Source: Tricharina praecox | Lineage: Eukaryota | Direction: 5' to 3' | Assembly: GCF_024521635.1 (NCBI RefSeq) | Contig: NW_026250444.1 | Coordinates: 1-64,000 of the forward strand | DNA: 64,000 nucleotides | Part shown: positions 1 to 13,805 of the stretch, one piece after another | Position numbering within the stretch: position 1 is the stretch's first letter | Layout of the letters: the number at the start of each line of letters is the position of its first letter | Notes under the pieces: generated by a model | The model's database searches: none | The model's input: only the letters and a program-made list of their open reading frames with translations | Told to the model about the DNA's origin: nothing | Program-made: the position numbers and the translations under genes

Positions 1-720
1 CAGTCAAGTATCTACACTCTACCGGTAGTTCCATAGTTAGCCGCAACCTGCATCTGCCCCGGCCGAAGGAAGGAGGAGGTGCTGCGTGAAGAAGGGTCAA
101 AGTGGGGGCGGAGACTGGATTGCTACAATTATTGAGTTGAATCCATCTGAGGACGACTATCCATTACGCATCCACTGCTTTGGCATCGTCCCCGAATATC
201 CATTGCGCTTCCATTGCTTTGGCATCTTCACCCACTATCAGCATCTCCATCAACACCATCACCACCACCAGCATATCACATCTCCATCTCAGCCAACTCC
301 TGCAACCACGACGACCATTGTTGAATACGTACTATAGATACCATCTCTAACTACCACCATCACCATCACCATTACCACCAATACCGAGACGACATATATC
401 ACACTGCCCTTTATCCACCTTCCCTCCAGCTTCCCGTTTCTCCGTTCTGGTCGATCCCAGTATAGTAGACCACTTGCTTCCACTACTACCCCATAACCTC
501 CAGCACCCCCCGGTAACTATCCCGCACACACCCCCAACACCAAACCCCCGCCCCACAGTCCAACGTCGATCGGTATCGTCTACATAGTTACCACGCTTCG
601 CATCGATCACAACATCACCACCCTTCTCCCACCACTACCTACCACTACCACCTCTGTCGCCAAGCAGCCCGCGTTGCCCAGATACATACCTACATAGATA
701 CCCTCGCTATACATAACATA

Positions 721-2124
721 ATGACAGACAGCCGTCCGAGCATACTGATCATCGGAGGCCTCGGTGCGTCCCTCCCCAGTTCCCCCTCTCTCCGAACGGA
801 CGGCCAGATCTAACAGTGATGCATAGGCTTCATCGGCCGCTTCCTCGCCCGCTACGTTCACGAGAAGAAGCTCGCCTCCGAGGTCCGGATAGTCGACAAG
901 CAGCTACCGCAGCTGGCCTGGCTGGCGCCCGAGTTCGAGGAGGCGTGTGCATCCGAGCGCTTCGTGCAAGGCGACATGTCGCGGGACCGTACGCTCCCCT
1001 CGTCTCGTTCCCCACAACACCCCGAAACTAACCCCTGGCAGACACGGCCGAGAAGGTGTTTACACGCGCGGACGGGTCCTCATGGGACTACGTGTTCAAC
1101 TGCGGCGGCGACAACCGGTTCTCGCAGGACGACGAGATCTACAAGCAGCGGTCGCTGCAGCTGTCGGTGACGGCGGCGAAGGAGGCGGCCAAGCGCGGCG
1201 TCAAGTGCTGGGTCGAGCTGTCGAGCGGCAGCGTCTACAAGAGCGAGCGCGAGCCGCGCAAAGAGTCGGACAAGCTCAAGCCGTGGGGCCGCCTCGCGAA
1301 GTACAAGCTCGAGGCTGAGGAGGAGCTCAAGAAGATTGAGGGGTATGGCCCACCCCCCTACCTCACGTGTACGCGGCTAACCGAGAACCCAGCTTGAATC
1401 TCGTGATAATGCGGCTGGCGAACGTCTACGGCCCGTACTGCTCCAAGGTGATCGGCACGATGCTGTGCATGGCGCGCGTGTACGCCTACATGGACGAGGA
1501 GATGAAGTGGCTGTGGAGCAAAGACCTGCGCACGCACACTGTGCACGTGCTCGATGTTGCGCGCGGGCTGTGGACCGCCGCAGAGTGGTACGCGAACGGG
1601 AAGAAGAACTGGTCTGACGACATGGGAACCACCCCCATCTTCAATATGGTCGATAGCGGCGATACCAGTACGCCCCCACCACCCCTCTCCTCCCCCCCAT
1701 AGATACCGACCCGTGAAAGTTGACTGAACCCCACCAAACAGCCCAGGGCGCAATGCAAGCGCACATCTCTCAGATCTTCAGCATCAAGACGGGCTTCCAC
1801 GGGACGATCGTCAGCCAATTCGCGAAGCTGAACCTAAACAGCGCGGTCGACGAAGAGAACGACGAGCTTCTACAGCCGTGGGGCCAGCTGCTAGCCGAGG
1901 CCAAGATTGCACGCCCCGGCCCGATCAATCCCTACCTCGAGCAGGAAATCGTGCGCGACTCCGACCTCAGCCTCGACGGCGGGAGGTTCTGTAATGCCAC
2001 CGGGTTCGTCTACGAGGTTCCTACGGTCACGGAGGAGGCCCTGAGGGAGATGATTCAGAGCTATGAGCGTCTCGGATGGTGGCCGCCGATGAATATCAAG
2101 CGGAAGGAGGAGGCTGAGGAGTAG
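721..2124 (+). CDS. NAD-dependent epimerase/dehydratase (extended SDR), 5 exons
   Basis: ATG 721; spliced N-terminus gives the Rossmann motif ILIIGGLGFIG (intron 764-826); further introns near 989-1041, 1343-1392 and 1668-1741; DYVFNCGG, VELSSGSVY and MRLANVYGP motifs; stop 2124. Confidence 0.85.
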
Positions 2125-2469
2125 GGGGATGCAGTGCGGGGAGGGATGCGATAGAAGCCGTAGCGTGACGTCTTGTATATAGGTAATCTGCGGAGGAGAG
2201 TGGGGGCAGGCGTTCTTTTCGTTCCGTCTTTTGTGCAGCATCGTCTTGGATACATTGTTACATACCATTCGTTTTTTGTCTGTTTTGCTTGCTTTTAGTT
2301 GTAGTGTGTGGGTGTGCTAGAAGATATCCCTCGATTTCAAGACCCGTCACCGTCTCGCGATATCATAGCAAAGCAGTTGGTATACCCAATCGAGCAATCA
2401 CAGCGGAACAGTCCAGACACGCCGCACGCCACAATAATTTGATATCCCCTCTCTCCCCCAGCACACCCC

Positions 2470-3216
2470 CTACCTCCCACCCCACATCATCCTGCCCGCC
2501 AACCTTCCCGCCCACCCGCCCACACCCGTCTGCATGGCCCTTCCCGCAAAACTCGACGCATTCCCGAACCTATCGGCCCTGGAGAACGCGACTCCATTGG
2601 TAACACCCAGCACCACCGCCACCACCACAAGCGACAACCAAATAAACTCAAACCGCAGGATCGCGACGACGGCAAGGAGCACCCACAGCACGGGCGACGC
2701 ATACAAGCTCAGCCAGAAGAAGCGCGTGTCCGTCGCGTTGGCTACGCGCTCCGGCGGCGCGGACTCGAAGATCCATGTGCTCCCTGAGTCTGCGCTGTTC
2801 GCTGTCGAGGCGGGGGACGCAGACGGCTCGTTCCACCATCGCAACCCGACGAGCCGCCGCCCGGCTATGTTCTTTACATAGTAGAAGTCTGCGGAGAGGA
2901 GGAGGGTCACGATGATGAAGATTAGAACGCTGGAGCGGGGGTTAGCGGTGTGCGGATGGGTGCGCGGGGGACGGACAAGTTGCTGGAGAACCAGAGGCCG
3001 AAGAGGTACGTCAAGAGCGAGGCTGTTCAGTTCAATCAGTGATCGGACCAGAGGTGATGGGGCTGGCTGGGGGGCTACCGAGGCGGAAGGCGAGGAAGAA
3101 ACAGAGCGTTATCGGGTGCGCGGAGAGGCGCCAGTTAAGGGGAGCCTGTAGATAGTTCACCCATCAGTCCTTGGAGCTTGGCCGCAGAGCGGGGCGGAGA
3201 TATTTACGTCCGGCAT
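2470..3216 (-). CDS. TVP23: Golgi membrane protein Tvp23 (DUF846), 4 exons
   Basis: Spliced [25 protein letters not shown]..; [21 protein letters not shown] and W-FES motifs. Confidence 0.92.
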
Positions 3217-3524
3217 TGTGTGTTGTGTGTTCGTATCGAATCGAGACGACAGTCGCAATTGGTCGTTGGTTAACTCCTGTTGGAGGTTGTGATGGTCGTA
3301 GTCGTTCGTCGTCGTTCGTCGTTCGTCGTTGATGGGCTGGGAGAGCGTTGTCGGTGGGGAGAGCTACCGTATGTACGTTTCGGTTTCAGTTTCACGTCAC
3401 GCAAGCAAGCAAGCAAGCAAGCGAGCCTCATCACGCCGCGTAACCCCGCTCACATTCAATTAAATCCTCGTCCCCGTCCCCCCATCCACCCCACCCCACC
3501 GCCCTCCCCCTCCAAAAAACCAAA

Positions 3525-3785
3525 CTACCTCCCCGCCGCCGCAGCCGTTGCCGCCGTCCCCGCCGCCGCCGCAGCAGCAGCCCCAGCAACTCCAATCCGC
3601 TCCTCCCTCTCCCTCCGTCGCGCCCTGGGATCCACGGCACCGCCAACACCACCACTCCCCCCGCCAAAAGCCTTTCCCTTCCCTTGCAGCTGGGCCTGCT
3701 GCTGCGCCTGTGCCCGCCGGAACTCGTCGTACGCTGCGACGTCCTGCGACGAGAGTTTTATTGCGGTTGGGTGGCGGCGGAGCAT
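3525..3785 (-). CDS. CDC26: APC/C subunit Cdc26/Hcn1
   Basis: N-terminal MLRRHPTAIKLSSQDVAAYDE matches the Cdc26 MLRRxPTxIxL motif; 86 aa single exon. Confidence 0.8.
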   Translation of the reverse strand: MLRRHPTAIKLSSQDVAAYDEFRRAQAQQQAQLQGKGKAFGGGSGGVGGAVDPRARRREREERIGVAGAAAAAAAGTAATAAAAGR

Positions 3786-3825
3786 TGTATTGTGTTAAGT
3801 GGTGAGGGTGAAGGGTGAGCAAGGG

Positions 3826-4271
3826 ATGTCGTTACTGTTGACCGGGACCGGGAGTGGAGCTGGAGAGTTGGAGGTCGATAGCGGGAGGTGAGACTTGACC
3901 ACACCATATATACCGGCCCAAGACCAGCCACAACCACCCACCCCCCACTAAGACATGGAATGGAATGGAGGAGAGAGATAAATAGTAGCTGACGAGCACC
4001 ATTGCAGCATTCTCACACCGCTAGAAAAAGAAGTCCTGACCGAGCTACAGAAGGTGTTATTGACGGTGAATAATCTGTCCGTATTTACCTACTTTCCAAT
4101 TCCCACCATTTCTCCAGCACAGTATCTAACAATCCCAGAAACGACGCCATCCTCGCCACCATCGCCGACATCGGAGCGGTGGAGACATCGCAGCGCGGAG
4201 CGGTGGACAAGGGACTGGCAGTCCTAGGCGGCGAGACAGAGACAGAGATCGGCAGCAGAGAGCGGGAGTAA
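3826..4271 (+). CDS. Small spliced 87-aa protein, DASH/Dam1 complex subunit-like (Dad1/Dad3/Dad4-type helix)
   Basis: Exons 3826-3887, 4008-4076 and 4139-4271 join in frame across introns with GTGAGA/GTCCGT donors and CTGAC/CTAAC branch points; LTPLEKEVLTELQKVLLTVNNLNDAILATIA. Confidence 0.5.
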
Positions 4272-4950
4272 TGACTGTCTTCTTCTTCTTCTTCTTCTTC
4301 TTCTTCTCTTCTTCTTCTCTGGATTTTACATACAGTAAAGTAATATATACCCCGTCTCCATCTCCATCTCCATCTCCATCACCATCACCACCTCCATCAC
4401 CGTCACCACCACCCATCACCACCGCATACTTTTCACCTCACCCACAGCCACAGCCACAGGCATCCACTCCTCGGGAAGAAATCCATCCAGAAATCCACTT
4501 CTAGCAGAAAGTATTAATCGGAAACTCGAAACTCAAAACTCGAAATTCGAAATTCGAAAAAAAAAAAAAAACAGACACGGATAAAAAACCAAGGAAGCAA
4601 GCAGGTTAAAAAAAAACGCCATCCCATTTCCCCAAAGCACAAAGCAAAGCAAAAGCAAAAGCATAATCAAACAAATTCAAGTTCAAGCAACAAGCACAAG
4701 CACAAGCACAAGCACCCCACCCCGCGCGATGAACCACAAAACAGAGCGCCCGATGAAACGACATCACAGCAACTTACGTGAGAACATACGAAAAAGAAAT
4801 GAAAAAGGAAAGAGAGAGAGAAAAAAGAGAAAACCCCCGATGCGAGTGTGAGGGTCGGGAGTGGGTGATCAACCGGAAAAAAAATCAAGAATGGAATTTG
4901 TAGATAGGAAGGGGAAGCTAGATATATAAGTCATTGCCGTCGCCGTCACG

Positions 4951-7900
4951 TCAACTGCCATGCTGCTGCAAACTGTGCGGGCGAATCTTGAGGATAATCT
5001 TTCTAGGAGTATCCGTAGACGAGGAGGGAGGAGTCGGCGTTCCCGGCGCAGAAGGGGTATTATGGGCATTACTGATCGACGACATCGACGGCGTTCGTCT
5101 GACACTACCAGGTTTACTGGAGGAGTCGCGATTGTGCTTCTTGCTCACGCCGTTGGTCGGTGTGCCTGGGGGCTTGCCGCGCGGGTTGGTGATGAGCTTG
5201 ATTGACTTCGAGCGAGGGAACTGCGTTGGCATTGTTGTGGTGGGCGTGCGCGGCGCTGGCGGGATGGACTGTGTGCGAGAAGGTCCGGGCATAGGAGCGC
5301 GGGCGGGTGGGGGTGCTGGAATGGATATTTGTCGTAAGGGATCTAGATATACGCGCGTGAAAGCCAATTTACCCTATTAATAGTCAGTGAACGCGTCTCG
5401 ATATCATGACAAGATATGGTCTTACCCCGCCAAGATGCGTGCAGCGAAGGTGCTTTGGATGCCTCATGGTAACGATGAGAGACGTCTTGGTGTGATACAA
5501 GATGGCGCAGATATCGAGTAAGAACCGCAGCTCTAGCAAGCCGAGATTCCGAGATCTACCCACGGTTAGCATGACTCAATCATCCGGCATTGTCTGGGGA
5601 ACAAACATCACAGCGCGCCAGATAGCCTTCTTCATCGCCTCATCGTTGCTCAACTCAGCCTTGAGCACCGCCACGGCGCCTTCAATCGTCTTCTTCGCGA
5701 GCTCATCCTTTCTGGCCGCGGAGGTATCGGCGCTGGAGTCCTCAATGATCATCTCGCCCGACATTTGCAATCCGCTGGGAACACTCGGTCCGCTCGGTCC
5801 ACCGACGGCAATCATACCCAAGCCCCGACCAAACGCGAGCTGGACCCACCTCCGCACGAATGGCGAAGGGTCCCGCCCCATCACGTAGCAGATGTATGAT
5901 GCCAACGCGGGCTGCCGGAGGGCACCGAGCTTGACGAGGCAATCGAACGCCTTGACGCGCAGTGTATCGAGCGTTCCTTCTCGGGTGTAGGCCATGTAGA
6001 CTTTGTAATCGACATCCTTAATGCCCTTCAACATCAGGTCCTTGCGAATATCCAACGCCACCTCCGAAACGATGTTCCGGTACGTAGGCTGCCACTGGTC
6101 CATCCGCTGGTACCGTTCAATCTCGGCGAGTGCCAACTCATGCATCTTCTTCTCTCCATACTCATCGTCATCCACATCCTCATCCATCATATCAAATCCA
6201 TAATCGATCGCCGGAGCTTGAGGTGAAAGGGTATCGGCGAGTGATCTCATCAGGTTGGCAACATAGTAACAATCGTCGTAGTTGTTATTAGAGTTGTCGT
6301 TATACTGCAAGACATCGAGAATCCACTTCTGCACGTGGTCCGGACAGGCGCCCTGGGTGTTGCGGATGTGCGACATCGCGCGTGGAATGGCGTTCTGAAC
6401 GTAGTACGCGGTGAGGTCGGTAAAGTCGTTGCCTCTTGGAATCTGGGAGCCCGGATAACAAAAGAACTCCTGGAATGCTTTAACCAGGTGAAATCTGCCC
6501 ACCCAGTCCAACTCTGCCGTGGCGCATCGCGACAATGCCATCGCCGCCTCGACACGGATGCCATAGTAGTATCGCCGATCCATGAGTGTCCGCACGAGGA
6601 TGGTCGATATCAGCGCCGACTCCCGTGTCATCGCAAAGTGCCGGATGGAGTCGTACTGCGCGATGACATCTCGATCCTGCTGCAGCTGCGACAGAAACAT
6701 GTAGTCGGGCTGATTGATGTTGAGGGTGCATATCCATTCGAAATCCGCATCCATGCGTATCCACTCAAAGCTCTCCTGCGCCATCCGCTCTTCGTCTTCC
6801 TTGGACCAGTCCTCCAGCTGCCAATCATCAACTTCCTCTTCGCCCTGCAGCACATCGCCCAAGCAGTACAGCAGCACGTCATCGTTCTGCTGGGCATCGA
6901 TACTGACGTCCACACCCGCCCCAGCAGCAGCACGCTCCTTCTGTCTCCGCGATCGCTTTAGCCGCTTGTACTTGGTATTGTACGGAATGTCCAGCTTCGT
7001 GTAGCCCTCCTTCAGATCGACAACGTGCTCATACGGCGTTCCGTCGGCTTCGTGAATCCTGATGGTCATCGGCCCCGTAAACACCGGCTGCGTAGGAGCA
7101 GTGACGACGTGTCTCTCTCGGTCCAAGGCGTCCTTGAGGAACTCGTCCGGATCGACACTCCGAGTCCGCGTCTGCGCAGCCTGTACCTGCCGGATTCCCA
7201 TCTCGACGATCATGCGCTTCTTATTGAAGCGTTGCGACACCTCGAACTGCGGATATCCCGCGCCGTAGACCCACTGCTGGAAGAACGCATCGAGCTTGTT
7301 GTGACTGTTCTTCTCGCATAGCCGGATGAAGTGCGCGGTACTCATCAGCCCGTTCTTCAACTCTCCAGCCACCGCCGACATGAACGTCTTCCGCACGACG
7401 CGATGCAGCACCATCGAGGAACTGATCTTCCACAGCCGCTTCTCGAGGATCGTCAACACCAGCGGTGCCTTCAACTTGATGAAATCCAACGACGTGGGCT
7501 CGATCGGCACCTGGAATCCTTGGGCGTACAGCGACGCTCGATCGATGTCCAACTCCGTTATCCGCTCAGCATCCTTCTTCAGCCGAAAACGGTACTCGTT
7601 GTTCCCCATCAATGTCCTCATGAAGCAACCCGTCATCCAGTACGACATGCCGATGATGACCCAGATGTCCGCCCAGTCTTTGGGCACAATCTGCACACCT
7701 GCATACTGCGTCGTGAGGGTGTACGTCAACTTCTTCGTTACATCCCATAACGGATCAACGATCTGTTCGGGGAAGAGGAGATTATTGTTGCAGAGAGCCA
7801 GCGACGCAGACTCGACCGTATCCGTCGCAAGATCATCCACGAAACAGAGCTTGAAGCTGGAGAAGGTGTACTGGCCAAACTCCTTGACGATGTAATCAAT

Positions 7901-9584
7901 GGCCTTGCGAGCAGCAATCAGCAAACATTGCTCGAACGAAATATCACGAAGGATGAACTATGGGTTATTACCTTAGGCATGAACATACATGTATTCTTCA
8001 GTTCAGCATCTCGTCCTGGCAGACAGTACCCAATCACATCTACAGCGATCGCAGCCATTGCGTCCTCGTTCTCTTGATCACGGAATTCGGAAAGGTTGAC
8101 CACCTCGAAGGGACCTACTGCTATCGAGATATGCTGCGGAGCAACGGGCTGGGACTGGATAAACTTCACGATCTTCTTGGAATTGTCGGTGGGATGGGTT
8201 TCCTTTTTGGCCGTTAGTCTAACCGAAGGGGAAAAAACACATGTTACGAACGAGGAGCTAGACCTCATCCACGAAATCACCACTGCAGACGACCACCATA
8301 TCAAGATCGTCATCCTCATCTGTTATCGGCGTATCGTCATCCAGCCTCGAGGAACGACCCCCGGTGATGCCGTTACTAGTATCATTAACCCGCCTGATGC
8401 TTGGGCGTTTGTTTATATCGCCAATGGTGCGCGGCACAGTGAGTTCGAGCTCCCAGGTCCAGCGCTCGTGTATACCATCGAGCGTCGGGAAGAGACAGCA
8501 GGCGGCGCCGGGCGACGGCGAATTGGTCGTGAACGCATGGGGGTACCGCATATCTCCGGACTCGCAGCCAACAAACGTAAACCCATCGCGAAAATTGTCA
8601 AGCACGTACTCTATTCTCAGCAGTAGCGGCATATAGGGAGTGTACATGTTGTCCGGCCTCGCAGTCAGAGGGGGGGCAGGCGTTCTAGGCGGAGCCCCCG
8701 CCGCTCCGTCCGGCGCATCTGGAGTGTTACGTCTAGCGGGAGCATTGCGGCCCATCAATGCGTTCTGTGCGGCGAGACTGAACGGATCCTATTCCGAGAC
8801 ACATGTATAGTGAGCAAACAGTTCCGGGGATATGCGAAAGGGGGCAGGGGGGAGGATGATGCTAACAGCAGGCTCAATCCGAACATTGGACGGTAAAGTG
8901 ATGACCAGCTCGAACTCCGGAGGATCGTGTAGTACGCCATCGAGCCGTTTCCGCAGCATGTGGTGCTGATGTACGGTAGCCGATCCGTGGATCTTAAACT
9001 TCGAATACGGGTCTTCGTACTTGACCTGCGACGCGGTCTTGCCGTTGACGGTGCACATCATGATATCTGTAGACGAAAATGACGATGAACCTTCCGCTCA
9101 AACCCACACAGCTGCACGCAACATATAGAACTGCGGGACAAACATACCACACTGTCTCGAATTCAGTCGTATCTGCCTCAACGCCGGATCCGTAGGATTG
9201 ATCGAGATCTCCGTCCAGCACTAATCCAGCGTCAGCACCAACCTCCATCCATCACCTCCGGCTCTCCCCCGTGACGTCCGTACATTCAACTGGCGCCTCG
9301 CAAAGTTCACATCAAATCCCACTTTCTGATGACCTGTGCACAGCCCATCAGCTCCCCGCCCTATATATCCCCCACGAACCCGTACAACCACTCCCACGCA
9401 GGAAGACTTATATATTGAACCCCCTGTTTCCCATAGCCGGCGGCATCGGTTGCGCCGGCGTCGCCCCAACAGCAGAAGCCGCCGGAGCCCCAGGAACCGC
9501 CGGAGCAGCAGGAACAGCAGGAACAGCAGTAGTAGCAATAGGCGCAACAGGCGGCGGCGGCGGCATAACAAGCGGATCCATCAT
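4951..9584 (-). CDS. TAF2: TFIID subunit 2 (aminopeptidase-like fold), multi-exon
   Basis: HQKVGFDVNF, QPVAPQHISIAVGPFE, FFQQWVYGAGYP, GPMTIRIHEADGTPYEH and EWIRMDADFEW motifs; last exon ends at 4951. Confidence 0.95.
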
Positions 9585-9616
9585 GGCAGAAGGCATCGAT
9601 CTCGGTCTCGGTCTCC

Positions 9617-9665
9617 CTTCCTTCCTTCCTTCCTTCCTTCCTTCCTTCCTTCCTTCCTTTCTTCC
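9617..9665. repeat. (TTCC)n microsatellite upstream of the TAF2 start codon
   Basis: Direct reading. Confidence 0.9.
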
Positions 9666-11100
9666 TTTCTTGACTAAACTGAACTCGAACTTTCGCGCCG
9701 AAGTGGAAAATGAGGAAAGAATCAAAAAGCAAGCAGGCCCTCCTTTAGTCGGTAGAAGCCCCCGTCTTCATTCCCGGTCCCCCGTCCCGTCCGTCGCTGT
9801 CTCTCTCTTTGTCCCTATCTCTGTCTCTCCTTCACTGTCTCGCGTCCCAGTTCTGCCGCAGTCTTTCCCGACGGTGGTGCTGCGGTGCGGAGCGGTATGC
9901 CGTACGTTGCGTTTCGTTGCGGTGCGTTGCGCTGTGCTTGCTTGCAGGATATCCTTCGCGTGTGGAGCAGGTGCGAATGCGATTGCGAGTGCGCGCTGAC
10001 GTTGAGCGAGCGGGTGAGTGGGTCGAATCGCCTAGAAGTGTCGGTGGAGGTGTAGGTGGTGGGTGGCGGGGAGCGGAGTTACGTGCGGCGCGCGCGAAAA
10101 CGAAAAGGAGCTGGTGGGTGGGTTAAGTACGGCACGGTGTGATATGTGTGTTGAGAGAGACGAGGTGAAAAATCGCGCTAGGTTGTGGATGTATCGATGG
10201 TGCGCGTGCGACGATCGGTGCGGTGCGGCGTGTGCTGTGTGTTCGTCGTCGTCGTCGTCGTTGTCGGAGGAGGAGGAGGAGTGGTGAGGAGGAGGAGGGG
10301 AGGAGCGAGGGGGAGGAGGCGGCGCGGCGGGTCGTTGAGGAGTGGAGGGTCGTTGGAGAGTGAGTGAGTGGTGGATTGTAACTACCGTACTTTCTACAGT
10401 ATGGCTGGCCAGCGTCATTCAACTTTACTTTCGCTCACGCACGCACATCAACCATTCAACCGCAGCGAAACTCAGCTAGAGCGCTTGTACGGAAGCGGCA
10501 AAATGCGCCGCAACAAGGACGGCAGTGTCACGTGCGCCACGCCAAGACATCACTTGATATCAAATTATCAATCCCGAAATCATTCACGACGAGTCGAACT
10601 TCGACGATATCATTCACCTCGACCCAATACACCAGACCGAAGACGAGGTTACAGCTCCTGCTTTGTAGTTACATAATGTACCTAATGTAGAGTACCGTAC
10701 TCTACAGGAATGCATTTCAATACACTTCAATCCACTTCAATCCATTTCCCGACCTGCACAGCACAGCACGCATCTGTAATACTAGTATACAGTTTCCCAT
10801 CCATCCAAAATTTCGAATTCCCATCCCATCCAGCGAGAAAGGAAAACAGAAGCGGAAAAGGAAAACACATCCATTGACACCCCCAACCCAAATCCAGACC
10901 CAATTAGAAACAAAAAGAGAATATAAGAGAGAATCAAAAGTACTCAAAAGAAACACAAGGGTGCCGAAAGCCCACCCAAGAAGAAAGGAAAAGAAGGAAA
11001 AAAAGAAACCCACTCCCGGAAAACTGTACATCCATCCAACGAGGAACCTCCAATCCAGTGGCACCAACACACTGTACTCGGGCATCTACAGAGGGATCGA

Positions 11101-12922
11101 TCACCTCGACAACCGCTTCCTGGCCCTGGCATGCCTCGCAGCCGAGGTGCTAGCAAGCAGCTCCTCGGGCAGCTGGAATTCCTTATCCTCCATAGTGGGG
11201 AGAGGAACACCGAAAGCCGTCTGCATGCGCGAGCTCTTGCGGCGGTTATTGCTGATGGCCTGTAGCCGGGCCGACGGCGTGTCGTAGAACGAGGTGAATT
11301 CCGGCTCGGGCTTCGGCGGCTTCGGTGGCAGCTGCTTCTTCTGCACTCTTGCGTCGGAAGCGGTAGGTGACGTGCGCCTGGCCTTCTTCAAGGTCGGAGC
11401 GCGCTTCTTCGTGGTTCTCCTCTGGATGTGGATGTCGCTCTCGTTGCCGTCCTCCTCCTCGTCCTCCTCCTCCTCTCCGTCCTCCTCTCCTCCGTATCCT
11501 TCCTCTCCCGCCACTCCGCTCTCGTGGGAAGCGAATCTACCACCGCCGCGCTCACTGCCGGTGTTGTCGTAGCTATCCCTATCCTGACTGTCCTTGGGAC
11601 TATTGCTGGTCCTTCCATGCTTCTTCCTCTTCTCGCTGTTGCTCCACGCCTTGTACTTATCGAGAGTGGCCTCGAGATGCTTCACCAACGGCTCCTTCCG
11701 CTTGGCCAGCTCCTTCTTTCCGCAGGCCGCGACGACCGCCTGACTCAGGCCAATCACCTTCCACCACTCCGGGCCGCGAAGCTTCTCCAGATCACTCTCG
11801 ATCTTCGCCGCATTATGGTGCAGCAAGTCGCGCTCGATATTCTTGCTGCGCTTCTCGAGGCGCTCAGCGCCCGTGTGCGCCGAGACGTACACTGCATCCG
11901 CGAGCGGGTCGGTCGTGAAGCGCGGAGGCCGCATGCCCGCCTTCGATAGCTCCTCCTCGAGTGAGATCGTCTGGATCGGCACGTTGCGGATGCGCACTAT
12001 GTCCGGATCGTGCGTGGGTATCGCGAGAACGCTCTTGGAGGGGGAGATGAGGAGTTCGGCCGCCGTGGGGACGTCCGAAGCTGGCGAGGGCGCGGGTGCG
12101 CTCCGGGTAGATGTGCGTGGGCCTTCGCAGACTTCGCGCCGAACGATCGGGATCTGGATGTCGTCGCTCACTGTCATCACTTCCGTCAGCGCACTGCGAC
12201 TCCCCCCCTCCCTCTTCCCCCCTCCCCCTTCCCTCCCACATCTGCACCTGCCGCGGGAATTGTATGGTAGGGTACTAACATCCGCGCTCCACCTCCTCAA
12301 ACCACTCCTCGTATTCACTCCTCTTCTCCACGTCCTGACTCCTCAGCACCCTCTTCTCCTCCTTCTCCTTCTCCTTCTCCTTCTCCTTCTCCTTCTCCTT
12401 CTCCTTCTCCTTCTCCTTCTCCTTCTCCTTTTCCTTTTCCTTTTCCTTTTCCTTTTCCTTTTCCTTTTCCTTTTCCTTTTCCTTTTCCTTTTCCTTTCCC
12501 GATGCGCTGCCCTGTCTCGCCCTCTTCTGCTGCGGCTGCTGCTGTAGGATCAGATTCCCCTTTCCGCCGCCAATTGCAATGGGAATGTCGCGCTCGCGTT
12601 CCCGCTTCCTTTTCGCATTGTGAGTGGTTGTGGGCGTGCTGGTCGTAGCCGCCTCCGCGCCCGATCCGCTGCTGCTGGAACTGCTGCTGGTGCTTCGGCC
12701 GCTGCCGACGCTGCCGCTACCGCTGTCGCCGCCGCAGTCGCCCCCGTTGCTGTCGCTGCTCGACGTCATGTCTGTTGTTCTCTGTAGTTGTGGTAATTTT
12801 TCTGGTGGAGGTTGTAGTGTCGGTGGTGGTGGTAAGAGTGCGGTGGTAGTGGTAGTCGTAGTGGTGGTGGTGGTGTCGGACTTGAACCGAAGGATTATCG
12901 TAGGTCGTGGTCGTCCCTTCAT
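11101..12922 (-). CDS. SAS4: SAS acetyltransferase complex subunit Sas4-like, 2 exons
   Basis: RVLRSQ..SEYEEWF and DPLADAVYVSAH..AERLEK..NIER..L.GPEWWKVIG motifs; intron about 12171-12279 joins the two track ORFs in frame; C-terminal AFGVPLP..EFQLP. Confidence 0.8.
12358..12498 (-). repeat. Coding hexamer microsatellite (AAGGAA)n then (AAGGAG)n encoding a (KE)n tract in Sas4
   Basis: Direct reading; about 23 KE units. Confidence 0.9.
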
Positions 12923-13805
12923 GTTGGAAAGTCGCTTTCATTTGCGGATTCTCGTCGGAGGAGTGGGTTCGCTGACGCTGTGAGTGAGAGGGCTATTGAG
13001 TCTCGGCTGGGTTGGGTTGAGGTGTGGCGTGGTGAGGGTGAGGGTGCGATGCGACGAGGTGAGGTGAGGTGTGGTGAGGTGTGGTGAGGTGAGGTGCTAT
13101 TAAAGTTGAGTGTGTGAGTTTGTGAGTGTGTACTGCGAAGGTTAACCCCCCGGGCCCGAAGTCGAGTCCGCCGCCGCTGAATGGGGGAGGGCAGGAGGGC
13201 AAGAGGAGGAGAAGACAAAAAATGAGGTTTCAATTTCCCAACGCTTTCGATCGTTCACCACAGCGACCCGGTCGCGCTCGCGTGCACAACTGGGATGTGA
13301 TATATGGAGAAGATGCTACCTGCGACTACTCTGCTTGCTGGGTTAGGATTCGAAGGTTGGTCCAAACTCATCACATTACATCACATCACCGCGCAGCTCG
13401 GAAGCACCGCCTGCCTATGCGCTTGAGGAACGGGAACAAAGGGGAGGGCAATCTAAGCTTCACGCAACGACTCCGACTCGCTCGATCGAATCCAAGCGTC
13501 TGGCAAGTATTCTATTTCATTATGCAGGTGCTGGGGGCCCCGTCCGCGCGCACTGAGTGGTTCCGTCCGAGAGAGGAGACGACCATCTATGGAATATCGG
13601 CACGATGCGAAAGAGAGAAAATAAAGAAAATAAACACATTGACCGAACCGACTGAGAATCTCGACTGCAAAAACCACAAATAAACGAACGCCAGAATGCA
13701 TCGAACGACTAGACATTAAGTTACATGACACTGCGCGACAAAGGTGTGGGACTTGAACACCCCATCCCCATCGTCACGTCGAGTAAGGAGTGAAAGCGGT
13801 AGGTA

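Noticed and set aside
13741..13775. B-box-like GTTCAAGTCC on the minus strand suggesting a tRNA
   Set aside because: No paired T stem, A box or cloverleaf
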